Assembly (NCBI GenBank): GCA_026023565.1
Contig: JAPETS010000002.1
Location: 310,001-374,000 of the forward strand
Reading direction: 5' to 3'
Origin: Cirrosporium novae-zelandiae
Taxonomy: Eukaryota
Length of the DNA: 64,000 bases
The translations under genes were made by a program, and so were the position numbers. Of the stretch, positions 1 to 12,110 are shown in pieces. The notes under the pieces were generated by a model. It did no database searches, had not been told where the DNA came from, and worked only from the letters and a program-made list of their open reading frames with translations. Within the stretch, counting starts at the first letter, position 1. Every line of letters begins with the position of its first letter.

Positions 1-420
1 AGGATCGTTGTATGTTGTATCCATACGATCTAGTTGGTTCCCCTGTGTATAGGGGGTCGGGGGGAAGAGGGTTCCTATCTCACAGAATTCAGCTCCGTCC
101 TGTCCATCATTCAATCAAAGAGAAAAGCCATCAACATAAAAAAAAGCCTCCGTAACTCCTCCCTAACCACCTATAAAATTCCTACTATGATGACGCATAG
201 TCCCCCCTCCCCTTCCCCCTATTCAATAAAATAAGCCTTGGCAGGGTTGGAGCCTAAATCACAAGAAGTTTTCTAGAAACGTGGCGGCTAAATGGGGGTG
301 TGGAAAGATGGGGGTCAAGAGGAAGGGGGTTAGGTTGGGTTAGGTTGGGCCTGCCTTGCCTGGTGTGGACCAAAAATTTTCCTTACGGCTTTATCGGCCG
401 GCAAAGGCAAGGGCAGCGTT

Positions 421-442
421 GTGTGTGTGTGTGTGTGTGTGT
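421..442. repeat. (GT)11 microsatellite
   Basis: Directly visible dinucleotide run. Confidence 0.95.
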
Positions 443-1408
443 ATGGGTTCGCTAATGGCGAACCGCGAAATTTTAAAAACTGGCAGCAATGCATTAGATA
501 TCTATCTGTAATCTATCGGTATGGTATTGTTGTATAACCACATTACGGAGGATGTAATGGGGAGTATTATTTCAATATTTCATTATAGTTAAGCCTTAGC
601 TTAATTACGGTACCCCACGATTGATGTGTGATCTGTCTGTCTGTCTGCTGATACTGAAAATTAAGTGTGCATCGAGATAGATAAGCATGTGTTGATATTA
701 GCAAGGGTGGTGTGTTTGGGGAAGTCGACACCGCTATCTATTATCCTATTATCTACTGAAATAAACACGCCACCACCTACCACCATAGAGGTTTCCGCCT
801 ATTTGAAAACCGCTAGTGAATTACTCGTGTTAGGATGGGACTGGTTGAGTATACTAGAATAATTTTCTTGTAACAAGAATGGGTTCAAAGAAATACCCCT
901 TGATCATGGTTCTAGAAAACGCTGTAATGTGTGTTGTAAATTATATATAGCGAATGATATGGGAGCGGGATCCTTTGTACGAACAATTCTGCTACAGATT
1001 CGTTGTTCCATTCGTCTAGTGGGATTGTCCATATAAAGCCCAAGAAAATAAAATAGTGGATTTCCATAGCCTTCTAAAATACGCCTGCCAATTAGCCACC
1101 GATGACTTTACACCAACACATTAACACATTGTAATCAAGTCAGAAGAGATTAGAAGAGGCGTGTGAATCTAACAGGTAGACCGGAATGTTGATTAGGCAT
1201 GAATCGGTATCATGCTTCGAAAAAGTGGAACGCAAGATAGTGGACTTGATGGGATTAATGACTTCTTCGAGCAGCTCCAACGAACACAAAGTTGAGTCGA
1301 TTACACACTTTTTGTTCCAGGGGTAATAGCCGAACCTATATTGTTGTTGAAAGGTCAACCAGTCCATATAGTATCGTAGAGAGAAGAAGGATTGTAGTAC
1401 ATAGGTCT

Positions 1409-4028
1409 CTAGTCGAGTTTGCTAGTTTTCATTTGACGAGAGAAATACACCGAACGAGGTTCGGTTTTTTCTCTTCGAGAATTCCAGAATTCAATAATAT
1501 TTGGGAGGGATTTTTGGTTGACAAATCCAATGTTGATGACCTTCACATCGTAATTTACAATGTAAATTTCATCAAGGTCAACGCTTGAATTGGGATGTAA
1601 TATCTGGTCGGGGTTTACTGGTATGATGCTGATTGATCTTTTGGGATCGACGGATTCTTGTTCAGGGGAGAATGGCTGTTCGCCTTCGATGTGAGTCATG
1701 ATATGTGACGCTTGATCAATCTTGTCATTCGAGGAGTCAATAGGTCTAAATAAATTAGCCACACGCAACATGCAATTTTTTTGGAAATTACTTACGAACA
1801 CACGCAACATTCTTCTATATTCTCAACGACAAGCATCCAGGCCAAATCCCAGGTTTTCCGAGATCCATCGCATTGAATAGTTGTTATAGTTTCACCGACA
1901 TCTAACGCGACTTCTGGCAATTTTTCCCGCAGCATTGCAAACACCTGTATATGTATTAGAAACTTTTTTATATTTGAGGTAAGAGAAGATTCCAACCCTT
2001 CCAATTTCAAAGAACCTCTTCCCGGAGAAATTCTCTGGGAGATCTAGCGACAGATATGAAAAATAAGTTCTTGTTTTTAGAAGATCCTGTGGTCATACCT
2101 ATTTTATGAAGATTATTATCGCTGGTCCTGCTCGTGCTTTTTGACTCTTCAATTTCTAGGGATAGCCTATCATGGGTGTCGGATGCTTCAATACTATCGG
2201 GCTGATCAAACAGGCTGTACTTAATTTCTGTGTCAGAAGATTTACCAACATACATTTTGCTAGCTCCAATCACAACACTCGTTGGGCTTTCATTACGATG
2301 GCTCTGTTCCTTATCAAAGCTAGATTCTCCGCCGTCATTCCCTAAAGGGAGACCATCCTTCTGCGAATAGTAACCATACTCTCCAGGATCATTGCTAGTG
2401 CATGAGGAACCATTGCTCTGACTATAAGATGGCCGAGCGGAGTTCATGCTAGAGGAAGTGGTACTTTTTATAAATAGAGAGCTGATAAGAAAGTATAAGT
2501 ATGGGACCAAATCCAACAAGGGGAGGAGCAAGGCGCACACAGCTTCTAGGGCCTTTTCTTTCGATATAATTTTAAGTCCAGTGTCAGAGTAGTACTGATC
2601 TCCATTTGAAAATATTCGATAAGAATAGCATTTATTGCTTTCTATTTCGGACCAAATATACCAAGGACTGCGATTTTGCCTAGATGAGAGGCGCAGAGAC
2701 TGTTCACTATGGGTGTGGGTGTACGAGAGCTTTGGGTGGGCACAAGACATGATCTGCTGAGGGAGACTTGGCTGGGTTATGGGATCCTGAATTTTAAATG
2801 AACTTCTGATTGGAAACTTCTTCGTCGTTTGAACAGAGAAAGGTTTCTTATTCCTAGGATAAACTGAACGGCCTCCCTGCTGTTTCATATATAGGGCTTC
2901 TTCAGGCATATTAGTGTGGTCTATCGCGGTATGCTCGCTGAATGCAGATGGCCAATTTGAAGCTGTGGCCGCTTCATCCTTGGTCCAATATTTAAGTGCA
3001 TATCCTGAATGTGTTGAGATATCAAGAGGTTCGCACAATTTACTCGAGACGTATTGCAAAAGTAAACGCTGGTTTTTTCTAGAAACCCGTAGTCGATGAA
3101 GTAGCCATTGATTCACTCGATCTCGAGAATTATTAAACTCCGTAAGAAGCGGATTGAGCATATCTCGATCCCTTTCTTCATCTAAAAGCAATGGATATAC
3201 ATTCCCGTCATTGCTATTTTCTTCCTCGTTATCTTCTGAGCTTGGAATGCCTCCGGAAAGTTCAGTGTCTTCGTGAATCGACGGTGCTGCGCTATTATCC
3301 GCATAGATAATCTGATGGTCGTTCCGGCTAACCGGGGATTCCCATAGCATTTCATTCTCTCGACGAATACCTGGAACTGGGTGATCATAATCTTGTTGTG
3401 AGGCTAGCTGGCAGCTTAAGCCAGTTGCTGGGTCGATTGAAAGTGTTCTGGGGGCACTTTTATTGTCCTGCCAATCACTGCTTGCCGACGAATATTGGCT
3501 TGCATTCAGTTCATCAAGTATGGGAAATTCTTGGGATGGTAGACTGGAAGCAATTGAGTCTTCGGGATGCTCCGCAAAATTGAATACGACTAATTTTAGT
3601 TTTTCATATGCCTTCTTCTCAAGACTGGCCAGTTTGAACTGCTCCCTGATGAAATCCATCTCGACACTTTTAAATTCTTCTTCCACCTTCGCATATTCGT
3701 TGTGGCAAGTCTGACATCTCTCGAAGTGTTCTACCAATATCTGTCTTTCAGCCGCTTGTGGAGAATCTTGCATAGTTTCAACACCACGCATCCAGTTCAG
3801 GAGGTTTATCTGAAGGGCTTGGCTCTTATTTCTGAGGTTATTTCTCATCTCCCGGACACCCGTGTGTTTATTGGTGACATTTTCTCTCTGCTTGAAAAGA
3901 TGTCGAAATATTTTCGGGATATCATAAGCTATCTCTTCGGTCATTCCATTGTGTATGGAAATTGGGGCGGAAGCTGCGCTCCTTAGGCCTAGTCTGCTAT
4001 CAGGTAGAGCTTTTGTAGGTAATACCAT
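1409..4028 (-). CDS. Multi-exon hypothetical protein: N-terminal coiled-coil/unknown fungal region fused to a degenerate C-terminal DUF6590-like domain
   Basis: The 673-aa ORF 2007-4028 can be joined to downstream exons by introns 1945-2015 (GTTCTT..CTAAT..CAG, weak donor) and 1746-1795 (GTAAGT..GCTAAT..TAG). The spliced C-terminus reads SPREFLREE-VFAMLREK...MLVVENIEECCVCSPIDS...ISIIPVNPDQILHPNSSVDLDEIYIVNYDVKVINIGFV, which is similar to the neighbouring + strand gene. Further in-frame introns are possible near 2464-2540. Confidence 0.65.
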
Positions 4029-4662
4029 TTTTTTGAATCGTCATTTTAACCGTTTATTTTATGCAGCTTTGGATACTAATCAGTGTGGAGATGTGAGTCG
4101 GTCGTAATGGAAGTTGCAAAAGTCGAAAGGCACGTGGCCTCCAAACGTCACAGGACTAGAGAAATGGACATAATAAATGAAACATATTCGACTAATTAAC
4201 CGTATCACCTTTATCTTGAAAAGGGGGTGTAAGGGTTTATGGAATTTCTCTGCTTGGCTATATTATATCGCGTTTACGTAGTAAAATTCAAGCCACGTTT
4301 GAGCAATCAAAAGAAAGCTTGACGGGGTACAAAATAAATATATCATAAATGAGGCGTTATGTTATCTTGTAACAATGTAGTAGACATTGAACTTAATATT
4401 ACTGTACGGAACGAAACAGTATTAGTACCGTATTTGGTATGCTAGTCTTGGCTCTTGTCATCCTTATCCGAACAGGGTAGACAACACAACGAGGCTCAAA
4501 AAAATGAAGGTCACTGCGGGGTCTACCCACTTCTTGCTTGCTTGCCTCTTGCTCTGCGAATGTCTACTTTTCAGCCGCAGAACTCCCCTTCCATATAAAC
4601 TCTTGAATGATGGGACACAAACTCCTGACCACCTTTGACCGGAAGGGAGTGAAACACAAACC

Positions 4663-5890
4663 ATGAATCCGCCATCGAAAGCTCCCATATATTCTGACAG
4701 TAATGGGCGACCCTACTATTACTGGATTAATGCGCAAGGTAAGCTCTGTTGAACCAGTCCAAGTCTCCTCACCTGACTAATCCTGAAGGCATTCCACAAA
4801 CCCAATGGCTAGAAACTGGAGAAAGTTCAAACACAGGAGACCAACTAAGCAGGTGTGTAACCAGCCTCATTATCTTTTATTTTCAAGAATGGCCGCTGTA
4901 TACAATTACCCATGTTTAGTATAATGCTGGTTTGCTTAGTTTCTGGAATCATATTCTTGGGTCATCATCCTAGGACTAACGGTATTCCAATGGTGGTCCC
5001 ATAAAATTGATGCATAACTCTTCTACATTTTTTTTCCTTTACAGGGTATAATACTAACTACTATACTAGCCCTGTGAGCACGGAGCCAGACGGCTCCTAT
5101 ATAAGCGGTGTGTTCTCGAATCGTTGTTATCTATGAAAGGCAAGACAGATAAGATGTCCATTGCCCACAAAATGCACAGATAGCTTGATTCCCTTTCTAA
5201 GGACTTGTTGCTAAAATTTATATTCTAGAGCCTGTCCCCAGCATTAATCAAGCGACCGATCAAGTGCCCCCTCCCACTCCCCCAGGCCAGCCAAAGGCCA
5301 TTCCTGATAATAGTAAGTAACCAGTTAGTGTTTCTTTCCTCCTAGTCGCTGCTAAACTTACCTAGGGTTCCATCTAATGGAAAATCCAAAAGAATTCTTC
5401 ACTAAGGGACGAGTCTTTGCTGTACAATGGTCTGAGCCCATGGGCAGCAATGCGCAAATGAATGCGAGTCGCGTGAGCTCCTTTCATGAAATACGTATGT
5501 TTATTGTCATGAAAACTAAGCCACGTCGTAATCATAGTATTTGCATGTACGTTTTTCTTTGGACACATTTGATGATAGTGTCTCACTATATGCAGCCCGA
5601 TCCACACATATGGAAACAGAGGATGCTTGAAACCGGGATTGTTCCCTGGGGATCATTCTATTATATATACGACCCCGAGCCCTCCTTCTCCACTCGAGGG
5701 AGAAGAGCTGGTTAAGGATCCCATTCAAGTCATCCCTGATGATAATGGAATCTCACTCCGACGAGAGTCGCGTGTAAATTTTGGAAAAGTATACACCGTG
5801 GAACACAATTGGAAGGTTTCTAGTATTGGAAAAGTGCATAGGGATGATCGCAAGATTATGAATAGCTACTTTATAAGCACTATGGGATGA
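4663..5890 (+). CDS. DUF6590-like domain protein (multi-exon)
   Basis: ATG at 4663 (MNPPSKAPIYSDSNGRPYYYWINAQG); clear introns at 4739-4788 and 5547-5595, plus GT..AG introns ending at 5044, 5228 and ~5364. The spliced domain reads RFHLMENPKEFFTKGRVFAVQWSEP...EIRMFIVMK...HSICIPIHTYGNRGCLKPG..HSIIY...SRVNFGKVYTVEHNWKVSSIGKV, matching the fungal DUF6590 consensus as I recall it. Exon structure between 4853 and 5044 is unresolved (micro-exons probable). Confidence 0.75.
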
Positions 5891-8800
5891 ACCTGAGTCC
5901 TATAGAGATGCTTGACATTAGAACTCACATTGATCTGTTCGAAGTACGTTCGATATGTGCCCTCGTTGCACACGTCTTCTATTATAATACGAACTTTACT
6001 CTGTTACTTGCGAGTCTACTTGGTCCCTAAGCTATCGGTATGATTACAACAGAACCCGAGCAACCAGTCTCGTTACTTTTATATGGCGTTGTGATATTTT
6101 TTTAATGGATTTATTATGACAATCTCTCTTTTTACAATTACTTGGCTAGACTTGGAGAGGTCTTACCAATTAGGTATAAGTGCCAACGACTATTTCCTGT
6201 CTTTTGCTCGGACCTTTTTAATCCTGTACGTTTGAATCGCTATCAATCATGACATGATGACATTATTTGCTCTCTATGGCACTTGGTCCATGAATAGATA
6301 ATTTATTCATACATGTAGGTAGTGTTGTTCAGAACACCAGAGCTAGTACCGTCCCCCCCCCCCCATGTACTCCAGGCTATTTATTCCAAAGTCATGAAAG
6401 TATTAGAAGTAGTACACCTTTGTCATAGCATCTGAGGATTCACATATCATTATCGATAATATAGATGGATGAGATTATTTTGTGCCGAATCAGTAATAAA
6501 CCCGAAGTTTTGGGTCCACAAAGGCTGGACGAAGGGATACTCGCGGAAGACATCTAAAGCGACCAGAGAACCGCTATTGATATTATTTCGGGGTATGTAG
6601 GGTTATGAATTTTGTTTGGCAAAAGCTTAGTTTAGTTAGAAACACTCGATGATTTGGTTTGGAAGTCTAGATTGGATAAGATAAGATAAGATATTTTCAT
6701 TATTTATATACTTGTCTACCCACTCATCCATCCATCCACCTATCTATCAACAACTTAATTCAAGAATCCCAGAATCCAAAGATCAAACCAAATCGCCTTA
6801 CTGTACAGTACACTACCTAGGTAAGGTAAATAGGATAGGTATGTTGTATGATTATCTTCTTCTTCTACTACTACTTATTATTTTAATAGCGATTACGATA
6901 TAAATGTTAGGGTGTGATCTAGTTACGTGATAGCTTGGTCCGTGCCACCACCTATTTAGGTTGTGCCACACATAATATTATTCTACAGTTGTCTCGTCAC
7001 TCGCTCTAACAATAAATAGATATTATAGATGACTTTCTTTTTGTGTGAAGAAGAAGAAGAAGACGAAGGAGAAAAGGAAGGGGATGGATATATGGATATA
7101 TGAAAAATGAAGCAAAACAAACGAAACAAAGAATATCTATGGCAGATGTAAATAAAGATATAAGGGCTCCAAAACGAGAAGGGGGGATAGGTTGGAGATG
7201 AACAAAGGGTTATAGATTAAGGGATCAATAATCAATAGGATTAGGATTGGTAGGATTGACTAGGAAGGAAATAATTCATAATCACTCAAGTAGATAGATA
7301 TCTAGATGGACCTTTTTGGAGGGGGGGGGAATTCATCCATAGCATACTTGTATAGCATAGTGTTGGGAAGCTAGATCTTGCGTGTTATACAACATAACTA
7401 CATACCTAGGTATCTAAGAGAGAAAAAAGATTCCTCTCCGTTCTCGTTCTCGTTCTCTTTCTATTCTACAAGATTCAAAAAATGAAGTAAGATAGAAACC
7501 CATTGACGCCGCCTCAGCCAAATTCTAAGTTCTGAATTCTCCCCCTCCCCCTTGTCCTTTTACTATATTTGTATAACGCTCCAAGGCTCTATGGACAAAA
7601 GAGAAAAAAGGAGAAAACGGCCCGTTTTATTTATATATTTGCCTAGGTAGGTAGGGTAGATAGGTGAATGATGAGTTAATTACCTACTTAGCTGGCTGAT
7701 TGACTAGTTGGTTAATTGGGAGAAGAAACCTGCACCTGTACCTGACTGCATTAACTAACAACTAGAAGAAGAAAAAGACTCTACCATTTTTAAGTTGTCC
7801 TAGTGTTGGATTGATTGTCGTGAATAACTAACCATGCTTATACCATACTATCGTAAATTAAGAACTTAAGAGTGTTGGTAAGCAATTGGAAGGGCGGCTT
7901 TCTAGTCTATTCTTTTTTCTCTTCTTCTTTATTTCTATACTTGGGTTTGGGGGATGATGGTGAATGAATGGGTGGGAATTGGGAGGGTGAAAATTCCAAA
8001 TGGATTGATTGCTGGTAATTTGGGAGTGGGAGTGGATGTGGGGACGGGGATGGGGAGGGATGGTTGTGTTGGCTGTTCGTTGTATAAGAGCATGAAGAGT
8101 TATATAATTTGTAGAAGCAGTGACTTTTTTGTGAGGTTCTTAGTTGGTTGGGTTAGGGTTTTGAGTAGCTAGAATTGAATTGTTTGGATGGTGATGGTTT
8201 TTTTTATGTGGATATCCAGCTTAAGTAGGTGGGTGAGTGTTGTCAAGAGGTTGAATTCTCGCTAGAAGGGATGACGAAGAAGAATGGAGAGATCGTGGAG
8301 TGTTATTTTATGGTGGAGTTGATCACACGCCTCATAATGTTGAACATAATGCTGTATTTGCATTGAAGATATACTCAGATTATTATTATTTCCCACTGGT
8401 TCGCTGACGGGCGTTGGATCCTCATAGAATCAAAGTCAACTGGAGAAGAGCGATGTGGCTATAGAAACGCTCGTAATAAGTTTCAAGGATCGCAGAGAGA
8501 CCATAGGAGATTCAACCCCTACCGGAGTACAAAGAAAGCATGTGAGATGATAGTTCTAGATATAATAAGTTCGGTAGAGACGAGTCGTCAAGGAGCCAAG
8601 GGAATAGGGTTTGCAGGCAACGGAACGAAAAAAACCTACCGTCAGTACCTCGTCGGATATTTATATCTTAAATAATGAAGCATGTTTTACTGCACATCCG
8701 GTTAGACGTATCGCAGCAGCTCCTTCGTACAATCAAGGCTTGGCGGATTCTTCCATATCAGCTGGTCATGGAGATCTCGCTATTGATCAAATCCATTGAT

Positions 8801-10345
8801 GCTCTTGTAAGGAGATACTTACTTCAAATATGTATCAATTGTTAGCCTCGAGGCTGGGAGTAGGATATCTGAATAGGATTTCAAATTCTGTAGTCCACCT
8901 TCCAAATACAACATGGCGGTTCCTGGTTCCTATAAGGCATTCCGCCAAGATGGCCTTACTCAGACACCTGCGGCCCGTCACAACCAGATCAATAGTGCAT
9001 TGGCAGGGCCAAGTTGACCGAATACTTGTTTTGATTAATTGGTGATGCAGCACCAATGACAAAAAAGCTTCTCTGGACTCTTCAGCTATTCTGTTGTTGC
9101 CCTGACCATGCTGCTGATCTTCAAAAATCCTCGCTACTTGTTACGGAAAGCATGAGTGTAACCTGGCCTGCACCATGGAAAATAGATATTTCACCTTTGC
9201 GCACGAATATTATTTATGAGTAGTTCCTTGATAGTCAGAGGATACTGGGTCAGAAAAGGAATAGGTCTGCTTGTCGACGGCACATGACGGAATACCAAGG
9301 ATAACACAGGCAGCGAAGTATGAATCTGGTCCTTGGATCCAAGATCCATTTGAATAGGCTGGATATGTATGAGGACCTGCATATCCACGTGTCAGAATAG
9401 GAACGGAGACCCTCGCGCTCCCATGATTCTGGAACCTATAGGCACAAATGGAGGGCCCCGAGTTCTGGTCTAGGTTATGGGGATGACCCCGCTGGGGATT
9501 GTTGGATTCTGGAGTCTACGGAGAAGATAGGATCCATCATTGTTCACTACCATGTTAGAGTCGAGACAAAAAGCTATCATCAGCCTAGCCATCGAATGTT
9601 TCGTAAGACAGATGGGTTGATCAACAAGGTTAGTGTAGGTTTGGCTTACTCGGATAGCACCGAGATTTCGCCTACAGCAAAAAATGAAAACCCCTATTAG
9701 TCAAATCATCGATGGATGATTCGGTGGTTCTTCGGATATATCAAAGTAAGGACCCGCAGCTGTCAAAAAGACATGATGGTTGATAGATCAAATGCATCAA
9801 AACAAGGGTTGAATGCAGCAATAAGATTGTTGAGCCGGGTTGTGGGCTCCCAATAAGGTCAGGTTGTAACCTTAATTTTCAACCTTGGGGTGCAGTCACT
9901 GATCTGCAACTAAAGTGGCGTTCTAGAAGCTGCAAAGAATCCGTTTAAATACCTCCACCATTGCCGCCACAAGTTCACAACACCATGTCACCGAAGAAGT
10001 GCCGCATACTAAAGAAAAAAATCGAGGGAAAAAAATGGCAAATTCATCTTGACAGTTTGATAGACTAAGAAAGGGTTTCTTGGATTAATTAGATTATTAG
10101 GTTACCCAAGTTTCCCTAATTGATTGCTTTGTTGAAATTCAAGCCAAGAAATTATTCTAAAGTCGCATCAAGATGTTCAAGCGTATCATCGCCACAACGA
10201 CCTTTGTTGATGCTGATGTTGTAGGCTATTAACCTACATAGGAGGCAGGTGACTCCGAACGACCAATAGTCATGTGCCCTTGATTTGATAGACAGAATAA
10301 AATGCATTTGGATGATATGCCGAGGTGAATGACGGATTAAGGTTA

Positions 10346-10390
10346 AGGAATTTGAGGAATTTAAGGAATTTGAGGAATTTAAGGAATTTA
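10346..10390. repeat. 9-bp tandem minisatellite AGGAATTTR x5
   Basis: aggaatttg aggaattta aggaatttg aggaattta aggaattta. Confidence 0.9.
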
Positions 10391-11703
10391 AGCCGCTTGT
10401 AGTTTAGTGGACGGTGATATAATCTTAAAATGGGTTAGCCTTAATAACTACGCGGCATTTCCTTCATCAGCTCCAGCATCGTCATCCAAAGAAATTTCAA
10501 TTGCTTACCATGCCTGGCCATCCAAGTGGTGATTAACGGTAATGAGCCACAAAATCATCCAAGCTTTTTTCTTCAATTTTCGTTCGTTCGCCCCAGCTCC
10601 TCTGATCTCTTGATCTCTTGAGTGCTGAAATTTCCAACCACTTGAAATTCATCTCTTATTTCGAGTCCAAATTTAAATGAACCCCACAGGTCCCACATAA
10701 TACCACCCCATCCAAGCTGAGGAGTTTTGGTGGGATGATACCCCACAAGCATTGGCTCCAGTTCAATTAATTGAAGCTTAATATGAAGCTAATATAAATG
10801 ACAATTGGTAGAAGTTGTCCCTTCTAAACGATCTTGGTAACATGTCGAACCAAGTAACATACCAGTTGCGCACATGCGAGAAACACAAGGCTGGCCACAC
10901 AATGTTACGATGGATAAAATGGAATGCGCCAACGTTGCCACGCGCTACATTTGCCGCAATCGATCATTTTTGATTGCAACCGTCCAGTTCTTTACTAAGC
11001 CAGTAAGACCAGAGAACTTGTATTTTTTATTTTTTATAGTTTATATCCTGTTACAATAACACCATTGTTCAGGCCTTCTAGTTCAGGCTTGAAACTATTT
11101 TGTGTCCGGCCTGAAATTTGATTGGAAATTGGTTAGGTTGGCTGTAGTTGGAAAACCCCTGCTTCTCTTGCCGAAGTCTAGAAACGAAGGAAGAGGTGAC
11201 ATTACTCCTTGGTCCATTGCTATGCAGTTCTGTACCACATGGCCCTGAAGGAGTTCTTCAGTTACCCTCCATGAGAACAACCAACCCCAGACAGCGGCAA
11301 CCAATTAGAAAACTATGCGATACCCACCTACCAATGACAGAAATAGTTTGTTCCTAGAATAGGTTGAGAAAAGATGAAGACTTAGTAACCGGTCACGATG
11401 CTTACCATCCTAGAAAGCTATTGGAGAATACCTTAACCATAAATCGATGGTGTTGAACAAAGGTCAAGACAGTAGAGGCGGCAATGTCTAGGATTACGGG
11501 AAGTTAAGTCCAAGGAACAGTTCGTGATGTCTGTGCCGATGCATCGGTGGTCATGGGAGGATGACTTTCAATTGACTTCCGAAAGCAAGAGGAAATTCTA
11601 AAGGAATTGAGTTTGTACCTATCTATAAATCATTACGCTTTCGGCGAACTGACCGATCCTGGTTAGAGTGAGATTTGTTAGGTGTTGTAGACATTTGGTG
11701 TCA

Positions 11704-11828
11704 CTGGGGAAGCTGGGGCTTTCTAGGGGTCCCCGCACTTGTTTTAGCCCACCACAGACTTATAGTGGTATACCTTGTCTAGATTTACTCCAGTACCGCC
11801 AACTAGCTGAGTGCTTCTCTCATAAAAG
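11704..11828 (+). promoter_or_regulatory. Putative CreA/Mig1 (SYGGRG) site cluster and TATA-like element upstream of the sugar transporter
   Basis: CTGGGG at 11704 and 11713, CCCCGC at 11731, CATAAAAG at 11821, followed by a pyrimidine-rich leader. This fits glucose repression of a high-affinity transporter. Confidence 0.45.
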
Positions 11829-12110
11829 CTCGACCTTCTGCTCATCTTTCAACTTCTCTTCAGTTCGTGTATACACATTCACTTGTGTCTTGTGACTACC
11901 ATCTCAAAGGCAAATTGCCTACGTCACCGTCCTCACCATCTTTGACAAAGGACTTGGGAATTTCCCAACACCTGCTCACCTCCACACTTATATTTACCTT
12001 CCGAAGCACTCATCACAACAATCAATTTCAATCAATTTCAATTAGAAAGTGTGTTTAACGAAAGTTGATTTTAAAGACCTCTCTTACACATCAACAGCAA
12101 AGTCGTCAAC

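Noticed and set aside
326..349. TTAGGTTGGG repeats resembling telomeric sequence
   Set aside because: Only two imperfect units and not TTAGGG arrays; consistent with local low complexity.
445..463. Hairpin GGTTCGC-TAATG-GCGAACC resembling a tRNA T-arm
   Set aside because: No cloverleaf, acceptor stem or A-box around it.
8611..9388. Several 60-75 aa ORFs in the long intergenic region
   Set aside because: No coherent exon chain or protein motif could be assembled.
10346..10390. Regular short repeats as a possible CRISPR-like array
   Set aside because: Contiguous 9-bp tandem units with no spacers, in a eukaryotic genome.
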